Numbered from the stretch's first letter, positions 46,541-57,114 are shown. The stretch is 64,000 bases of DNA from an uncultured Victivallales bacterium (GCA_964550025.1 CAZJYI010000021.1:1-64000); one strand, 5' to 3'. The notes: generated from the letters alone by a model not told the origin. Program-made: numbers and translations.

Positions 46541-47365
46541 TCATCGTACCAACATCAGAACCCCGGCAGCCATGATCACGGCGATCACGGCGGCCTGCAG
46601 TTTTCGTTCGGGGAGCTTCGCGGAGAGCTTGCTGCCCCAATACACGCCGACCGTCGACCCCAGCCACATGGTGATGGCCGTGGCAATATCGACTTCGCCG
46701 CCTCTCCCGTAGATCAGAACCGTTACGAGCGGGAGAATTACACCGATAAACAGCGATGTGCCGACCGCGTGGGCGGTCGGCATCCCGACGAGAATGATGA
46801 GCAGCGGCATCATCACCACGGCTCCGCCGATGGACGTGGAGCCGACCAGAGCCCCCACGAGGATGCCGACACCCGCCGTGATGGCGCGTTTCACTCCTGA
46901 GCGTCCGGCGACCCATCGCGCGATGCGGCCCTGGTGGTCGGTGGCGCGGGCTTTTCCGACCAGGTTGATGATCAGCAGCACGACGGAGAGGAGTATGACG
47001 GCGCCGATGAAGACCTTGAGCCCCGACTGGAACGCCTGCGCGGCTTCCGGACAGCCCGCCACCGATGCCGTGCGGCGATTGATGAGTAGCGACACCAGCA
47101 CGTTGGTGGGCACGGCCGTGGCCAGGAACAGGGCGGATGTCCGGAAATCGACGTTTCCCAACCGGTAGTGCCGATATGACGCAAAGACCTTTGTCAGCAG
47201 GGCGTAGAGGCACGTCGTCCCGACGGCCGTGGATGGCGGCATGCCGAGGACGAGCGTGGCGGAGGGGACCACGAGCACGTTGCCGACCGCGGTCATTCCC
47301 ATGCAAAAGCCGATCGCCAGGCCGATGCCCAAGCGCAACATGAGCCCTACGCTGTCGAAGTCCAT
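46541..47365 (-). CDS. Sulfite exporter TauE/SafE (DUF81) family membrane protein
   Basis: 274 aa, 7-8 TM. Duplicated GxGGG-type motifs. Confidence 0.8.
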   Translation of the reverse strand: MDFDSVGLMLRLGIGLAIGFCMGMTAVGNVLVVPSATLVLGMPPSTAVGTTCLYALLTKVFASYRHYRLGNVDFRTSALFLATAVPTNVLVSLLINRRTASVAGCPEAAQAFQSGLKVFIGAVILLSVVLLIINLVGKARATDHQGRIARWVAGRSGVKRAITAGVGILVGALVGSTSIGGAVVMMPLLIILVGMPTAHAVGTSLFIGVILPLVTVLIYGRGGEVDIATAITMWLGSTVGVYWGSKLSAKLPERKLQAAVIAVIMAAGVLMLVR

Positions 47366-47507
47366 TATGCCATTCCCTGCTCTTTTCTATAGTAAAGAGG
47401 GCGGAGCATACCGTTCCCGGTAGCTCGGCGAAAGCCAAAAAAGGCGCGACGCGGCGGTCAATGCAGAATCGTTCCCACCCGCAATCTCTCCCCCAAATCT
47501 CCCCCCC

Positions 47508-47878
47508 GAGCGGGAGGAGTGGGATTATGATTGGGGAGGGGAATGGGAATTCTCCCCGATCGTAATCGCACTCTCTCGCGCCCTGATCGCCTCGGCGTGG
47601 TCTCTTGGGACGATTGGTGAGGGGGAGGAGTGGGATTATGATTGGGGAGGGGAATGGGAATCCTCCCCGATCGTAATCGCACTCTCTCGCGCCCTGATCG
47701 CCTCGGCGTGGTCCTCTGGGGACGATTGGTGAGGGGGAGGAGTGGGATTATGATTGGGGAGGGGAATGGCAGTTTTCCCCGATCGTAATCGCACTCTCTC
47801 GCGCCCTGATCGCCTCGGCGTGGTCTCTTGGGACGATTGGTGAGCGGGAGGAGTGGGATTCTGATTGGGGAGGGGAAC
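47508..47878. repeat. Tandem repeat, ~111-bp unit x ~3.3 copies (periods 111, 113, 110)
   Basis: Unit GGGAGGAGTGGGATTATGATTGGGGAGGGGAATGGGAATTCTCCCCGATCGTAATCGCACTCTCTCGCGCCCTGATCGCCTCGGCGTGGTCTCTTGGGACGATTGGTGAG. Contains an internal hairpin GGGGAG...CTCCCC. No spacers. The track ORFs inside it are short and interrupted. Confidence 0.8.
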
Positions 47879-47886
47879 CGCGGCGG

Positions 47887-49557
47887 TCAGTACGTGAACA
47901 TGCTTCCGCCGATATACTCGCGCAGGATGGAGGACGACGGTACGAGCTCAAACGGTGCTCCGAGAAAATTGAGAAGGAACTCCGTCAGGCGACGCGACTC
48001 GGCATACTCGGGGTCGGAGGGCTTGATCTGCATGAGTAGAGGTTCCACCAGGGGCTTGAGTATTGCGAGCTCATAGTCCAGGGCAGAGTTGAACGTGGCG
48101 TCCGCTCCGCGCTGGAACGGGAAGATCCACCGCTTCTCCCCTCGCCGCACGGAGGGCCAGCGGCGCAGGGTCTCCAGCGCAGAATGCCCGCGGTACTTGT
48201 GATCGCGAACCATGCGACGCATCAGACGGTTGTCCGTCGTCGAAATCCGGTTGTTGAAATCGACGCTGAGCTGCGTCAGAGCGTTGATGTAAACCTTGAA
48301 CTTGCGGTGTGCGGGCACCATCTCGGTCAGGCGCGGATTCAGACCGTGGATGCCTTCGATGATGACGACGTGGTTGTTGTCAATCTTCAGCGTGTGTCCG
48401 TGGTACTCGCGTGATTTTGTCTCGAAATTGAAGTGGGGCAGTTCGACCTGGCGGCCGTTGATGAGCTTGACCATGTCCGCGTTGAAGAGCTCGAGGTCGA
48501 CGGCCTCCACGTGTTCGAAGTCGAGCTCGCCGCTTTCGTCGCGCGGCGTCTGTTTGGGGCCCACGAAGTAGTTGTCGGTCGCGACCGTCACCGGCTGTAT
48601 GCCGTTGACGCGCAGGTGGTTGGTCAACTTCTTGGCGAACGTCGTCTTTCCCGCGGAGGAGGGGCCGGCCATGAGGATCATCCTGAGGTCACCGCGGCGG
48701 GACGCAATCTGATCGGCAATCTGGGCGCACTTCTTCTCGTGCAGCGCTTCGGCGATCATAATGAACTGCTGGAGACCGTGGTCGGCGATGATCTCGTTCA
48801 GACGCCCGACGGTGTTGACTCCCAGGATGCGCCCCCAGTGCTTGTGTTCCTGGAAGATGTGAAAGAGATGCGGCTGATCGACGAAGTCGGGTATGTCGAG
48901 CCGTTCGTTGCGTTCCGGGACCTGCAGGACGAGCCCCGGCGGGTAGTGGAGCAGCTTGAAGCGGTTGAGAACGCCCGTTGAGGGGACCAGCGGGCCGTGG
49001 GCCAGGTCCGAGAACCCGTCGCACCAATGCAGCACGACGCGGGGGGGATTGCGGTGCCTCAGCAGGTTCAGTTTCTGAAGTTGACCGGACTCCTCGAACT
49101 CACGCACGGCGGCGGTGTAGGCGATCTTGCGGCGTTCGATGGCGACGTCCCGGGTGACGGTCGCCCGCATCTGCCTGTCAACGCTGGCCAGTTCGCGGGC
49201 GCTGATGCCTGCCGTCGAGTCGTCGCCGCGGGTGAATGTGCAGTACAGGCCCTGGCCGAACGAATGCTCGATCGTAAAGTGCGCGTCGGGATACAGCTCG
49301 TGCACCGTCTTGGCCAGCAGAAAGGAGAGCGAGCGCCGGTAGATTCTCCAGCCGTGGGGGTCGGCGGCCGTGAGGAATCCCACCTTGCTATCCACGGTCA
49401 ACGGGTAGGACAGGGAGGCCGCGTCGTTGTTGACCAGCGCGGCAATGTACGGCAGGCCCGACTCGGCCAGTCGCGACTGCAGCAACGAACACACAGCCGT
49501 CCCGACGTCGCATTCCAGCGACCGACCGTCCTCAAATGTCACGGAAATCCGGTTCAT
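47887..49557 (-). CDS. TGS-domain (ThrRS N-terminal-like) + uridine kinase/PRK-family nucleoside kinase
   Basis: N-terminal TGS-like ISVTFEDGRSLECDVGT. Kinase P-loop GPSSAGKTTFAKKL. Confidence 0.7.
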   Translation of the reverse strand: MNRISVTFEDGRSLECDVGTAVCSLLQSRLAESGLPYIAALVNNDAASLSYPLTVDSKVGFLTAADPHGWRIYRRSLSFLLAKTVHELYPDAHFTIEHSFGQGLYCTFTRGDDSTAGISARELASVDRQMRATVTRDVAIERRKIAYTAAVREFEESGQLQKLNLLRHRNPPRVVLHWCDGFSDLAHGPLVPSTGVLNRFKLLHYPPGLVLQVPERNERLDIPDFVDQPHLFHIFQEHKHWGRILGVNTVGRLNEIIADHGLQQFIMIAEALHEKKCAQIADQIASRRGDLRMILMAGPSSAGKTTFAKKLTNHLRVNGIQPVTVATDNYFVGPKQTPRDESGELDFEHVEAVDLELFNADMVKLINGRQVELPHFNFETKSREYHGHTLKIDNNHVVIIEGIHGLNPRLTEMVPAHRKFKVYINALTQLSVDFNNRISTTDNRLMRRMVRDHKYRGHSALETLRRWPSVRRGEKRWIFPFQRGADATFNSALDYELAILKPLVEPLLMQIKPSDPEYAESRRLTEFLLNFLGAPFELVPSSSILREYIGGSMFTY

Positions 49558-49603
49558 GATGAGGGGACGATAACAGAGCAGGGCCGTCCGGGACAAGCTG
49601 CGG

Positions 49604-50746
49604 TTACGCGACGACCATCAATTCCCGTATCACGGAATCCGCCACCTCTCTCCCGCGGCGCGTGAGGCGCCAGTGCCCTTTCCCTGTCTCAACCAGGCCC
49701 TCTTGTGCCATGCGACGCAGTGAGGCCAGCCACTCGTCCGCGACGGGTAACGCGACGATCCGCGGTTCCGGAATGCCCTCCGTGAGGCGCAGGGCAAATG
49801 CGAGTCGCTCCACGGCATCCGTCGGTGCATCCAGCGTTTCTTCCTCGCGCGGCGGTGCCGCGCCGGTGGAAAGCGCGTGCACATAGGAAGACAGGTCGCC
49901 AAGGTTGGTCCACCTTCGGCGTCCCTTCCTCGACGCGGCCGCCGGCCCGATCCCAAGGTAGTCGCGGCCCTGCCAATAGCCCATATTGTGGCGACAGCGT
50001 CCCCCCGCCGGTGCGTAGTTGGAAATCTCATAGCGCTCGAAGCAGGCTGCGGACAGCGTCTCCTCCGCCGTCTCCAAGGCCTGCAACTGATCGTCTTCGC
50101 CGGGAAGCAAGAGGTCGCCCGCTTCGACGGCCGCGGCGAGGCGCGTGCCGTTCTCGACGGAAAGTGCATAAACCGAGACGTGCGTCGGCCGTAGCGCGAG
50201 AGTTCGCTCCAGGGTCGCAATCCACGCGTCCTGCCCGCACCCCGGCAGCCCGGCGATCAGGTCCAACGCGATGTCCGTGAAACCGGCCGCGCGACTGTCG
50301 CGCACGGCGCCCGCCAGTTCAAGCGTGTCGTGGCCGCGCCCCAGCGCTGCCAAGGCCGTGTCCGTCATGGCCTGCGCCCCGAGACTGACGCGGGTTATGC
50401 CATGGTTTCGCAGCAGGTCCAGCTTTTCACGTGTAGCCGTGGCGGGATTGCACTCAACCGTCCACTCCTCTACCCCGCGCGCGTCGACATGCTCGTGCAC
50501 GCAGGCGAACAGGCGCCGCAGTTGCGAGCGGCTCAACACGGAAGGTGTTCCGCCGCCGACGTAGACCGTAGTGGGCCGGGCCGCGAGCCCCGCCTTTGTG
50601 CACAGGTCCATTTCCGCATCGAGCGCCTCCAGGAATGCGTCCGCGGCTTCCGGCACGTAGCGTTCGGAATAGAAGGCACAGTACGAGCACTTCCCGCTGC
50701 AGAAAGGGATATGGATGTAGAGGTGGCGACAGCCGCTATCGATCAT
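49604..50746 (-). CDS. hemW: Radical SAM heme chaperone HemW / HemN-like
   Basis: LYIHIPFCSGKCSYCAF CxxxCxxC motif. Likely start MIDSGCRH. An upstream in-frame MTGSSTETQ lies within element C. Confidence 0.85.
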   Translation of the reverse strand: MIDSGCRHLYIHIPFCSGKCSYCAFYSERYVPEAADAFLEALDAEMDLCTKAGLAARPTTVYVGGGTPSVLSRSQLRRLFACVHEHVDARGVEEWTVECNPATATREKLDLLRNHGITRVSLGAQAMTDTALAALGRGHDTLELAGAVRDSRAAGFTDIALDLIAGLPGCGQDAWIATLERTLALRPTHVSVYALSVENGTRLAAAVEAGDLLLPGEDDQLQALETAEETLSAACFERYEISNYAPAGGRCRHNMGYWQGRDYLGIGPAAASRKGRRRWTNLGDLSSYVHALSTGAAPPREEETLDAPTDAVERLAFALRLTEGIPEPRIVALPVADEWLASLRRMAQEGLVETGKGHWRLTRRGREVADSVIRELMVVA

Positions 50747-50752
50747 CTGCGT

Positions 50753-50874
50753 TTCCGTACTACTACCCGTCATATTCTTGTCGTCTTGGCGGATCTACGG
50801 GATGAGAGGGACTATCCTGTTGATCCTGTCCAAACTCCCCCTTGGCTACGGCTGCGCTGCGTTTCCAGACGTCA
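50753..50874 (-). repeat. Conserved intergenic element, copy C
   Basis: Minus orientation: TGA-CGTCTGGAAACGCAGCGCAGCCGTAGCCAAGGGGGAGTTTGGACAGGATCAACAGGATAGTCCCTCTCATCCCGTAGATCCGCCAAGACGACAAGAATATGACGGGTAGTAGTACGG. Confidence 0.6.
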
Positions 50875-52077
50875 TGGTTTCATGAAGAGGAGCAACGCGG
50901 CCATGCCGAGGAACAGCAATCCCGTCAGGCACTTGGCGACGGCGACCTCGCGGCGACTCCAGGTCAGGAGCTCCTGCAGCGTCAGGCCGGTGTACGAGAG
51001 CCCCACGACGGCAACGAGCGGCAGGATGAACATCGCGTTGTACAGGGCGAGGCATGCCAGGACACGCGCCCCGGCGTGGCCCGCCTTAACGACAAGGACC
51101 AGCGTTGGCACGTAGACCTGCCCCGTGCACACGCTCTCCAGGGCCGTGACGATCGCGCCCGCCGCCAGCGCACCCACCAGCGCGTAACGCGCGTTCATTC
51201 CGTCACGTATCGTGCGCTTGATCCTGCGCTTGAGTCCATCCGGCAGGCGAAGGGTCACTTCCTCCTCGCGGTGGCTGCGATGGTAGCGCCACGCGTCGCG
51301 GAAGGAGAGGGCGGCAAGTACCAGGAGAAGGGCAAGGAGGGTTATCTCGAATACGCGTTGCAGCGCACCGAAACCCTCCAGCGAGTGGAACGCGTGCAGC
51401 AGACCGAAGCCGATCGCGGTGTAGGTTGCGAACGACGCTGCGCAGAATGCCAGCCCGTTGGCCAGCATCCGCCGTCGACCGACCTTGAGGACGCCAAGGA
51501 CGCTGACCAGGAACACCAGCGTTGAAATGGCGCACGGGTTGATCCCGTCGACGAGCCCCGCCCCCGCCACGCCCAGCCATGTGAAGCGCCTGATGCGCTC
51601 CTCGAGGAGCTGTTCGTCGGAGAGCCTGGCCCTGGACGTGTCACCCGTCGGTGCCCGCGGCGCGGTTCCGGGGTTCAGTCTCTCTCCAACACGCCTGTCC
51701 ACCTGTTCCAGGACCCCGTCGCGAATGGCCGGCCACCCCGCGAAGGGATGGGTCCCGTCCACGAACATGATGACGGATTTGCTGACGTTGAACTGCAGTT
51801 TCTCCTGGAGCCGCACGAGCGCCAGGTAGTTCGTCTTCACCCGGGTGTCGTAGCGATTCAGGGCGTAGAAGCCCTCGTAGCGTTCCCGCAACGGGATGAT
51901 GACCTGCTGTTCGACTTTCGTGCACGCGGGACAGCCGGGCTCGTAGAAGTAGTCAACCTGAACAGGGACGATCTCAGCGTGCTCGGGGGCGGTGTTGGTT
52001 GCGGCGACACCATCCGCGGCGCACCACAGCCCCAGGAGGACTGCTGCCGATCGCACGAGTGGTGTCGGTATCCTCAC
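50872..52077 (-). CDS. Thioredoxin-like domain fused to DsbD/CcdA-type transmembrane domain
   Basis: Signal peptide. YFYEPGCPACTKVEQ thioredoxin CxxC. GINPCAISTLVFLVSVL and CTGQVYVPTL DsbD_2 cysteines. Confidence 0.7.
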   Translation of the reverse strand: MRIPTPLVRSAAVLLGLWCAADGVAATNTAPEHAEIVPVQVDYFYEPGCPACTKVEQQVIIPLRERYEGFYALNRYDTRVKTNYLALVRLQEKLQFNVSKSVIMFVDGTHPFAGWPAIRDGVLEQVDRRVGERLNPGTAPRAPTGDTSRARLSDEQLLEERIRRFTWLGVAGAGLVDGINPCAISTLVFLVSVLGVLKVGRRRMLANGLAFCAASFATYTAIGFGLLHAFHSLEGFGALQRVFEITLLALLLVLAALSFRDAWRYHRSHREEEVTLRLPDGLKRRIKRTIRDGMNARYALVGALAAGAIVTALESVCTGQVYVPTLVLVVKAGHAGARVLACLALYNAMFILPLVAVVGLSYTGLTLQELLTWSRREVAVAKCLTGLLFLGMAALLLFMKP

Positions 52078-52124
52078 ACCGATAACCGATCACTGATAAC
52101 TGATGACTGATCACTGATGACTGA

Positions 52125-53120
52125 CTACCGGCTCCTGACCGTACGTCCGCTGTTCGCGCTTTCCCGGATCATGTCCATGAGTTTCGCGAATCGCAGGCCG
52201 ACTTCGGCGGGGCAGGGGTTGTCCAGGCGTCCCTCGCGCACCTTGACGAACTGTTCCCATACACCGCGCGATCGGGCGTATTTGACAGCGTGAAACTCCG
52301 GGTCCCCATCGGTCTTGATGAGGAGGCGCTCTCCCCATATCCCGGTTTCGAGGACCCCCTTGTCGCCAAAGATGTGGACCGTCGAAGCGCACTGGATGGA
52401 ATCCCCCGCGCCAGCCATGGAGAAGAGAACGCCGTTGCGGAAGCGCCCGCTCACCGATGATGCGATCTCGACCGGTGTGCTGCGGTTGTCGAACATGCCG
52501 GTGACCTCGACAACGTCCTCGCCGACAAGGTCGACGACAGTGTTGATCATGTGGGACCCGGTATCGAACAGAAAGCCGCCTCCCGAGAGTTCGGGGTCCT
52601 GCCGCCATGTCCCGGTGGTGGCTTGTTTCCAGCGCTGGTGCGCGTGGGCCGACACGCAGGTCACCTTGCCGATCGTTCCTTTGGCGATGAGCTCCTTTGC
52701 CTTTTGAACCGCGGGGGAGAGGCTGCCCGGGAAGGCGACGACCAGAAGCCGTTCCGCCTTGTCGCGGGCCTTGATGAGGCGGCGCGCTTCCGATGCATTC
52801 ACCACCATCGGCTTCTCCAGGCAGATGTCCATGCCGTGTTTCAGGCAGTCGCGCGCGTTCTCGTAGTGGAACTTGTGGGGTGTACAGATCAGGGCCGCCT
52901 CCGGACTCTCAACGGCCTTCACCAGGTCCTTGACCGAATCGAAGAACGGCGGGCAGCGGCGGCCCTGCTCCACGAACATCTCCACGACGGCCTCCCGGGA
53001 CCGCTCGGAAACCTCAACGAAACCGACGATATCCGTGGTGCGGCGTTGCAGGAGCATGGTGCGGATGTGGTGCCGCGCCATGCCGCCCGTGCCGACGACG
53101 ATGGTTCTGATGCGGGGCAT
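52125..53120 (-). CDS. Gfo/Idh/MocA family oxidoreductase
   Basis: IVVGTGGMARHH Rossmann N-terminus. EKP motif ICLEKPMV. Confidence 0.85.
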   Translation of the reverse strand: MPRIRTIVVGTGGMARHHIRTMLLQRRTTDIVGFVEVSERSREAVVEMFVEQGRRCPPFFDSVKDLVKAVESPEAALICTPHKFHYENARDCLKHGMDICLEKPMVVNASEARRLIKARDKAERLLVVAFPGSLSPAVQKAKELIAKGTIGKVTCVSAHAHQRWKQATTGTWRQDPELSGGGFLFDTGSHMINTVVDLVGEDVVEVTGMFDNRSTPVEIASSVSGRFRNGVLFSMAGAGDSIQCASTVHIFGDKGVLETGIWGERLLIKTDGDPEFHAVKYARSRGVWEQFVKVREGRLDNPCPAEVGLRFAKLMDMIRESANSGRTVRSR

Positions 53121-53138
53121 GTTCTTGCTCCTTGTGCC

Positions 53139-53244
53139 AATTCCAAATCCCAGATCTCAGATTTCAGATTTGGGATCTCAGAGACCAAAGGCCAGAGACC
53201 AGTATGTCCAAGTTCTCCCTCTGAAATCTGAGATCTGAAATCTG
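53139..53244. repeat. AGATCTC/AGATTTC heptamer-type inverted repeat element
   Basis: aaatcccagatctcagatttcagatttgggatctcagagacc ... ctgaaatctgagatctgaaatctg. Confidence 0.6.
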
Positions 53245-53260
53245 CCATTCGCCCTCTTCC

Positions 53261-53303
53261 CCACGCAAAGAGGGCGCTCGCCCGGCGAGCGCCCTCCGCG
53301 TGG
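53261..53303 (-). terminator. GC-rich perfect 27-nt palindrome 3' of the aldolase gene
   Basis: ccacgcaaaGAGGGCGCTCGCCCGGCGAGCGCCCTCcgcgtgg. Confidence 0.5.
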
Positions 53304-53318
53304 AAACCGGGCGATTGA

Positions 53319-54194
53319 CTACGCCTTCAAGTCGTTGTACATCTCGAACGCCGTCTCCGGCTTGGCGTCGTCGTGGACGACGGCCCGCACGGCCTGGATC
53401 ATGGCGACCGGGTCTTCCGCCTGGAAGATGTTGCGCCCCATGTCGACTCCCATGGCGCCCTGGTCTATGGCCATGTACGCCATCTTCAGCGCGTCGAGCT
53501 CGGGAAGCTTCTTGCCGCCCGCGATCACGATCGGGACGGGGCAGGCCGCGGTCACCTTCTCGAAGCCCTCGGCACAGAAGTACGTTTTTACAACCTGGGC
53601 CCCGTTTTCGGCGATAACCCTCGCACCCATCGCGAGATAGCGTGCGTCGCGGGTCAGTTCCTTGCCGACGGCGTTGACGCCGAGGGTCGGGATGCCGTAT
53701 CGCAGGCCGGTCTCGATCATCTTGCACATGTTGCGGATCGTGAGTGCCTCGAACTTGCCGCCAATGGCGCACATGACCGCCATCATGGTCGCGTTCAGGC
53801 GGATCGCGTCCTCGATCTCCACGCCGACGCATTCGTCGTTGAGCTCGGTCAGGATCGTCGACCCGGCCGAACAGCGCAGGGAGATGGGCTTGTTGAACGT
53901 CGGCGGGATCACCGTCCGCAGGATGCCGCGTGCGCACATCAGGCAGTCCGCGTACTCGAGCAGCGGGGTGATCGTGAGATCGATCCGCTCCAGTCCCGAG
54001 GTCGGTCCCATGATGTACCCGTGGTCAAAGGCGAGCATCACGGTTCTGCCGGATCGCTGGTCAAACACGCGGGACAGACGGTCCTTCATGCCCCAATCGT
54101 AATTGTTTGCGCCCTTGAGCGTGTAGAGCCTGTTTTCCTGCGGCGTACCTATGCCGTAGTCTTTTGCGTCAATATTACCGGTTGCTTCTGGCAT
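53319..54194 (-). CDS. Class I aldolase, DhnA/FbaB/LsrF family
   Basis: Start MPEATGN at residue 86 of the track [15 protein letters not shown] and VVKTYF motifs. Confidence 0.75.
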   Translation of the reverse strand: MPEATGNIDAKDYGIGTPQENRLYTLKGANNYDWGMKDRLSRVFDQRSGRTVMLAFDHGYIMGPTSGLERIDLTITPLLEYADCLMCARGILRTVIPPTFNKPISLRCSAGSTILTELNDECVGVEIEDAIRLNATMMAVMCAIGGKFEALTIRNMCKMIETGLRYGIPTLGVNAVGKELTRDARYLAMGARVIAENGAQVVKTYFCAEGFEKVTAACPVPIVIAGGKKLPELDALKMAYMAIDQGAMGVDMGRNIFQAEDPVAMIQAVRAVVHDDAKPETAFEMYNDLKA

Positions 54195-54237
54195 CGATTG
54201 TTGTCCTTTTCGTTTGTTGCATACTTTGGGGAGAAAC

Positions 54238-54867
54238 CTAGGCTGCGCCTTCCGCCATGCCGCGGAAGAACATCGACATCGACGTGGCGCCGGGATCCTG
54301 GTGTCCGATGGACCGTTCCCCCAGGTTGCGCGCTCTGCCGAACTTGGCAACCATGTTCCTGGTCGCCTCGGCGCCCGCCTCGGCCGCCGTTGCCGCCTTG
54401 TCCAGAAGGACGGCAGGCTCGTCGCCGGCCGCCGCCTCCATGGCTTCAACGGCGGGAATCAGGGCGTCCATCATCGTTTTGTCGCCGACCTTGGCGGTGG
54501 TGATGGCCTGAAGCTGCGTCAAACCGGCCCTGAACATGCCGGCAAGCAACGCGCCGTCCATTTCGGACGCATCGCCGGCCGCGCCGGCCATACCCATGAA
54601 CAGGGAACCGAGCAACGGACCGGTCGAACCGGCGTCAATGCTCATGACCGACATGGCTGACGAGCTCAACATGGCCGGGATCGCCGGTGTGTCGCAACCG
54701 TCGATGCCCTGCTCGAGCGCTTTCATCGCCGTCTGCATGGCGACGCCGTGGTCGCCATCGCCCGTGGCGGAATCAAGCTGCGTGAGCAGGTCCACCCCTG
54801 ATTTCACTTTCCCGGCCGCCGCGCGCAGCACGCCGACCAGACCGTCGTAGTCTAGTGTCGCCGACAT
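54238..54867 (-). CDS. dhaL: Dihydroxyacetone kinase subunit L (ADP-binding)
   Basis: DGDHG and GDKTMMDAL motifs. Confidence 0.85.
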   Translation of the reverse strand: MSATLDYDGLVGVLRAAAGKVKSGVDLLTQLDSATGDGDHGVAMQTAMKALEQGIDGCDTPAIPAMLSSSAMSVMSIDAGSTGPLLGSLFMGMAGAAGDASEMDGALLAGMFRAGLTQLQAITTAKVGDKTMMDALIPAVEAMEAAAGDEPAVLLDKAATAAEAGAEATRNMVAKFGRARNLGERSIGHQDPGATSMSMFFRGMAEGAA

Positions 54868-54889
54868 CGTGGTGTCTCCTGCTTCCGTT

Positions 54890-55888
54890 CTAGCGAACCG
54901 TCCAGCCAGGGGTGTCGCAGGGAGCGTCGAACAGCTCGATCAGTTCATCGTCCATCTTGGCGATGAAGAGCTGGAAGCCTGCCATCTCCTGGACGGTGAG
55001 GTACTCGCCCGCCATGGAGCGGACCATCTCGATTCCCTGCTCCGCCAGCAGCTTGTTGACCGAGTTGAGCACGATGTACTGTTCCATGAGCGTCGTGCCG
55101 CCGCAACCGTTGACCATCACCATGACCTTGTCGCCCGAGGACAGGTCCATCGTGGCAAGCAGCTTGTCGAGCATGACCTTGGCGGTTTCATCGGCCGTCG
55201 CCATCTTCATGATGACGCCGCCACCTTCGCCGTGCTGCCCCATGCCGACTTCCATCTCGTCGTCGGCAATCTCGCCAATCGCGTCGCCCGTCTGAGGGTG
55301 CGTGGCTGCCTTGCAGGCGACGATGAGGGTGCGCATGCCTTCGTTGAAACGTTCGCCGATCGCGACGATTTCGTCGAGGCTCTTGCCGGCCTCCGCGGCC
55401 GCGCCGACGATCTTGTACAGCGGAATGCATCCCACGAGCCCGCGACGGTCCTCCAGGGGAGCATCCTTGCCGGCGGAGATATCCTCGTGCGTCAGGATCT
55501 TCTGGATGTTGATGCCTTCCTGGGTGGCCATGTTGAAAGCCATGTTGCCGGACAGAACGTCTCCCGCATGATTAAGGATCACCAGCAGCGTGCCGGCGTC
55601 GCGCTTCGTGGCCTTGAGTGCCTCGATCACGGCCGGGGCGCCGGGAGCGGCAAAGATGCCCCCCGCCACGCTGGCGTCCAGCATGCCCTCTCCGACGAAC
55701 GCGCTCAGCGCCGGCTCGTGGCCCTGGCCGCCGAGGGTCACGATCGCCACCTTGTCGTCGGCCTTGGGCGTCGTGCGAACCACCGACTTGCCCTCCAACG
55801 CAACCTTCTTGCCGTTGGCCAGGATGAAACCTCCCATCAATTCTGTCGTGAGATCGTCAGCGGCGTTGATGAACTTCTTCATTGGCAT
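54890..55888 (-). CDS. dhaK: Dihydroxyacetone kinase subunit K (substrate-binding)
   Basis: Start MPMKKFINAADD. GGQGHEP and DGAHV-like motifs, full DhaK collinearity. Confidence 0.85.
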   Translation of the reverse strand: MPMKKFINAADDLTTELMGGFILANGKKVALEGKSVVRTTPKADDKVAIVTLGGQGHEPALSAFVGEGMLDASVAGGIFAAPGAPAVIEALKATKRDAGTLLVILNHAGDVLSGNMAFNMATQEGINIQKILTHEDISAGKDAPLEDRRGLVGCIPLYKIVGAAAEAGKSLDEIVAIGERFNEGMRTLIVACKAATHPQTGDAIGEIADDEMEVGMGQHGEGGGVIMKMATADETAKVMLDKLLATMDLSSGDKVMVMVNGCGGTTLMEQYIVLNSVNKLLAEQGIEMVRSMAGEYLTVQEMAGFQLFIAKMDDELIELFDAPCDTPGWTVR

Positions 55889-56054
55889 GGTACTTACTCC
55901 TTCTTGTGTTGTGCCTGTCCTCTTCTCTCTGTCCACGCGCCCTTTTCCACCGTCACGCGTCTCCCCGTAGCCGCGAGCGCTTGCCCCGCCGAATCCGCCA
56001 CGGGCGGAGAAGGCGGGTGCGCGAGTGGACACCTCTCCTGCTGCAAACGTCTCC

Positions 56055-56627
56055 CTAGAAAACCACCGTCTGGTTCGTGAATTCGAGCGCCGCGTCGTAG
56101 TGTGGCGTGCCGTACTCGGTGACGATGGCCCCCTCGGGACCGCCGATCATGAAATGCTTGGCCGTCGGACGGTTCAACGTGGCGAGCTCGCCTTCGCCCA
56201 CCGGCGTGCAGTGCCGCACCGTGATGGCGTTGGCCGTCAACTGGCTTTCCGGCAGACGGCATGGCAGATCGGCCGTCGGCTCGCCCTCCCCGAGCGTGTA
56301 GATCATACCGTGCCGCACGTGCCAGGATTCGACCTTGGCCGGGCCGTCGTCACAGTCGTTGTGACCGTGCTCGACGATCATCTGCCCCGGCAGAAGGTAG
56401 ATCTCGTGCGCGAAGTAGTTGTAGTCGGTATTGTTGATCCAGAACGTGCCCGCCATGCCGACGTTGACGAAGTCGCCCTGGCCGAAATCAGTTGCCCAGA
56501 ATGCGTCCGTCCTGAGCACCGGGGAGATCGGGTACCCGAAGCGCTTCATCATGTCGTAGTACGCCGCGTACGCCTTCTCCTTACTGAAGACACCGTCCTC
56601 ATAGAAATCGCAGTTCTGCAAAGCCAT
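56055..56627 (-). CDS. Cupin-fold sugar isomerase-like protein (D-lyxose/D-mannose ketol-isomerase family, tentative)
   Basis: Start MALQNCDFYED (RBS ccggaggg). Beta-barrel with a His/Glu cluster (EHGHND, HVRHG). Confidence 0.45.
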   Translation of the reverse strand: MALQNCDFYEDGVFSKEKAYAAYYDMMKRFGYPISPVLRTDAFWATDFGQGDFVNVGMAGTFWINNTDYNYFAHEIYLLPGQMIVEHGHNDCDDGPAKVESWHVRHGMIYTLGEGEPTADLPCRLPESQLTANAITVRHCTPVGEGELATLNRPTAKHFMIGGPEGAIVTEYGTPHYDAALEFTNQTVVF

Positions 56628-57114
56628 AGTCCCTCCGGTACATGACACGATTCGAGCCGGACACGCAGTATGGCCCGTCAAGCTGCCCGGGTCAACAGCG
56701 TTTGCGAGGTTGCGTGGGTTGCGGGACTTTGCTTTGGACCGCGGCTGTGCGTCTATCGTAGTACGCTGCGATACAGCGACCAACCGCATCTCAAGCGCGC
56801 CACGGTCTCATCCGCGAATGATGACGGCGACACGCGCTGCGCCTGCTACGGCGTGGCACACGATAGCGGTGGATGATACCGAGATTCTCCCCTCGTTCCC
56901 CACTACCGGCCTCGCTCCCACCCCTACTCCAGCCCGTACTCTCTCCCCCGAACTCTTGGGGTAGTCATTTGGAGAGTAGGGGTTGGAGTAGGGGATGCCG
57001 TCCCCGGTTGAAAGGCTCCAAGTTGCAGATGTGCTCTGGAATCGGGGTGGCGGGCTTGCACCGGCCCCTCGTGATCGGATAGGGTCTCACACAACCTTAT
57101 GCCGGAGGATCACG

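Noticed and set aside
47458-47951. 74-aa and 67-aa ORFs inside the 111-bp tandem repeat; possibility of a CRISPR array
   Set aside because: ORFs are repeat-derived, short and interrupted. Repeat units abut with no unique spacers and there are no cas genes, so this is not CRISPR.
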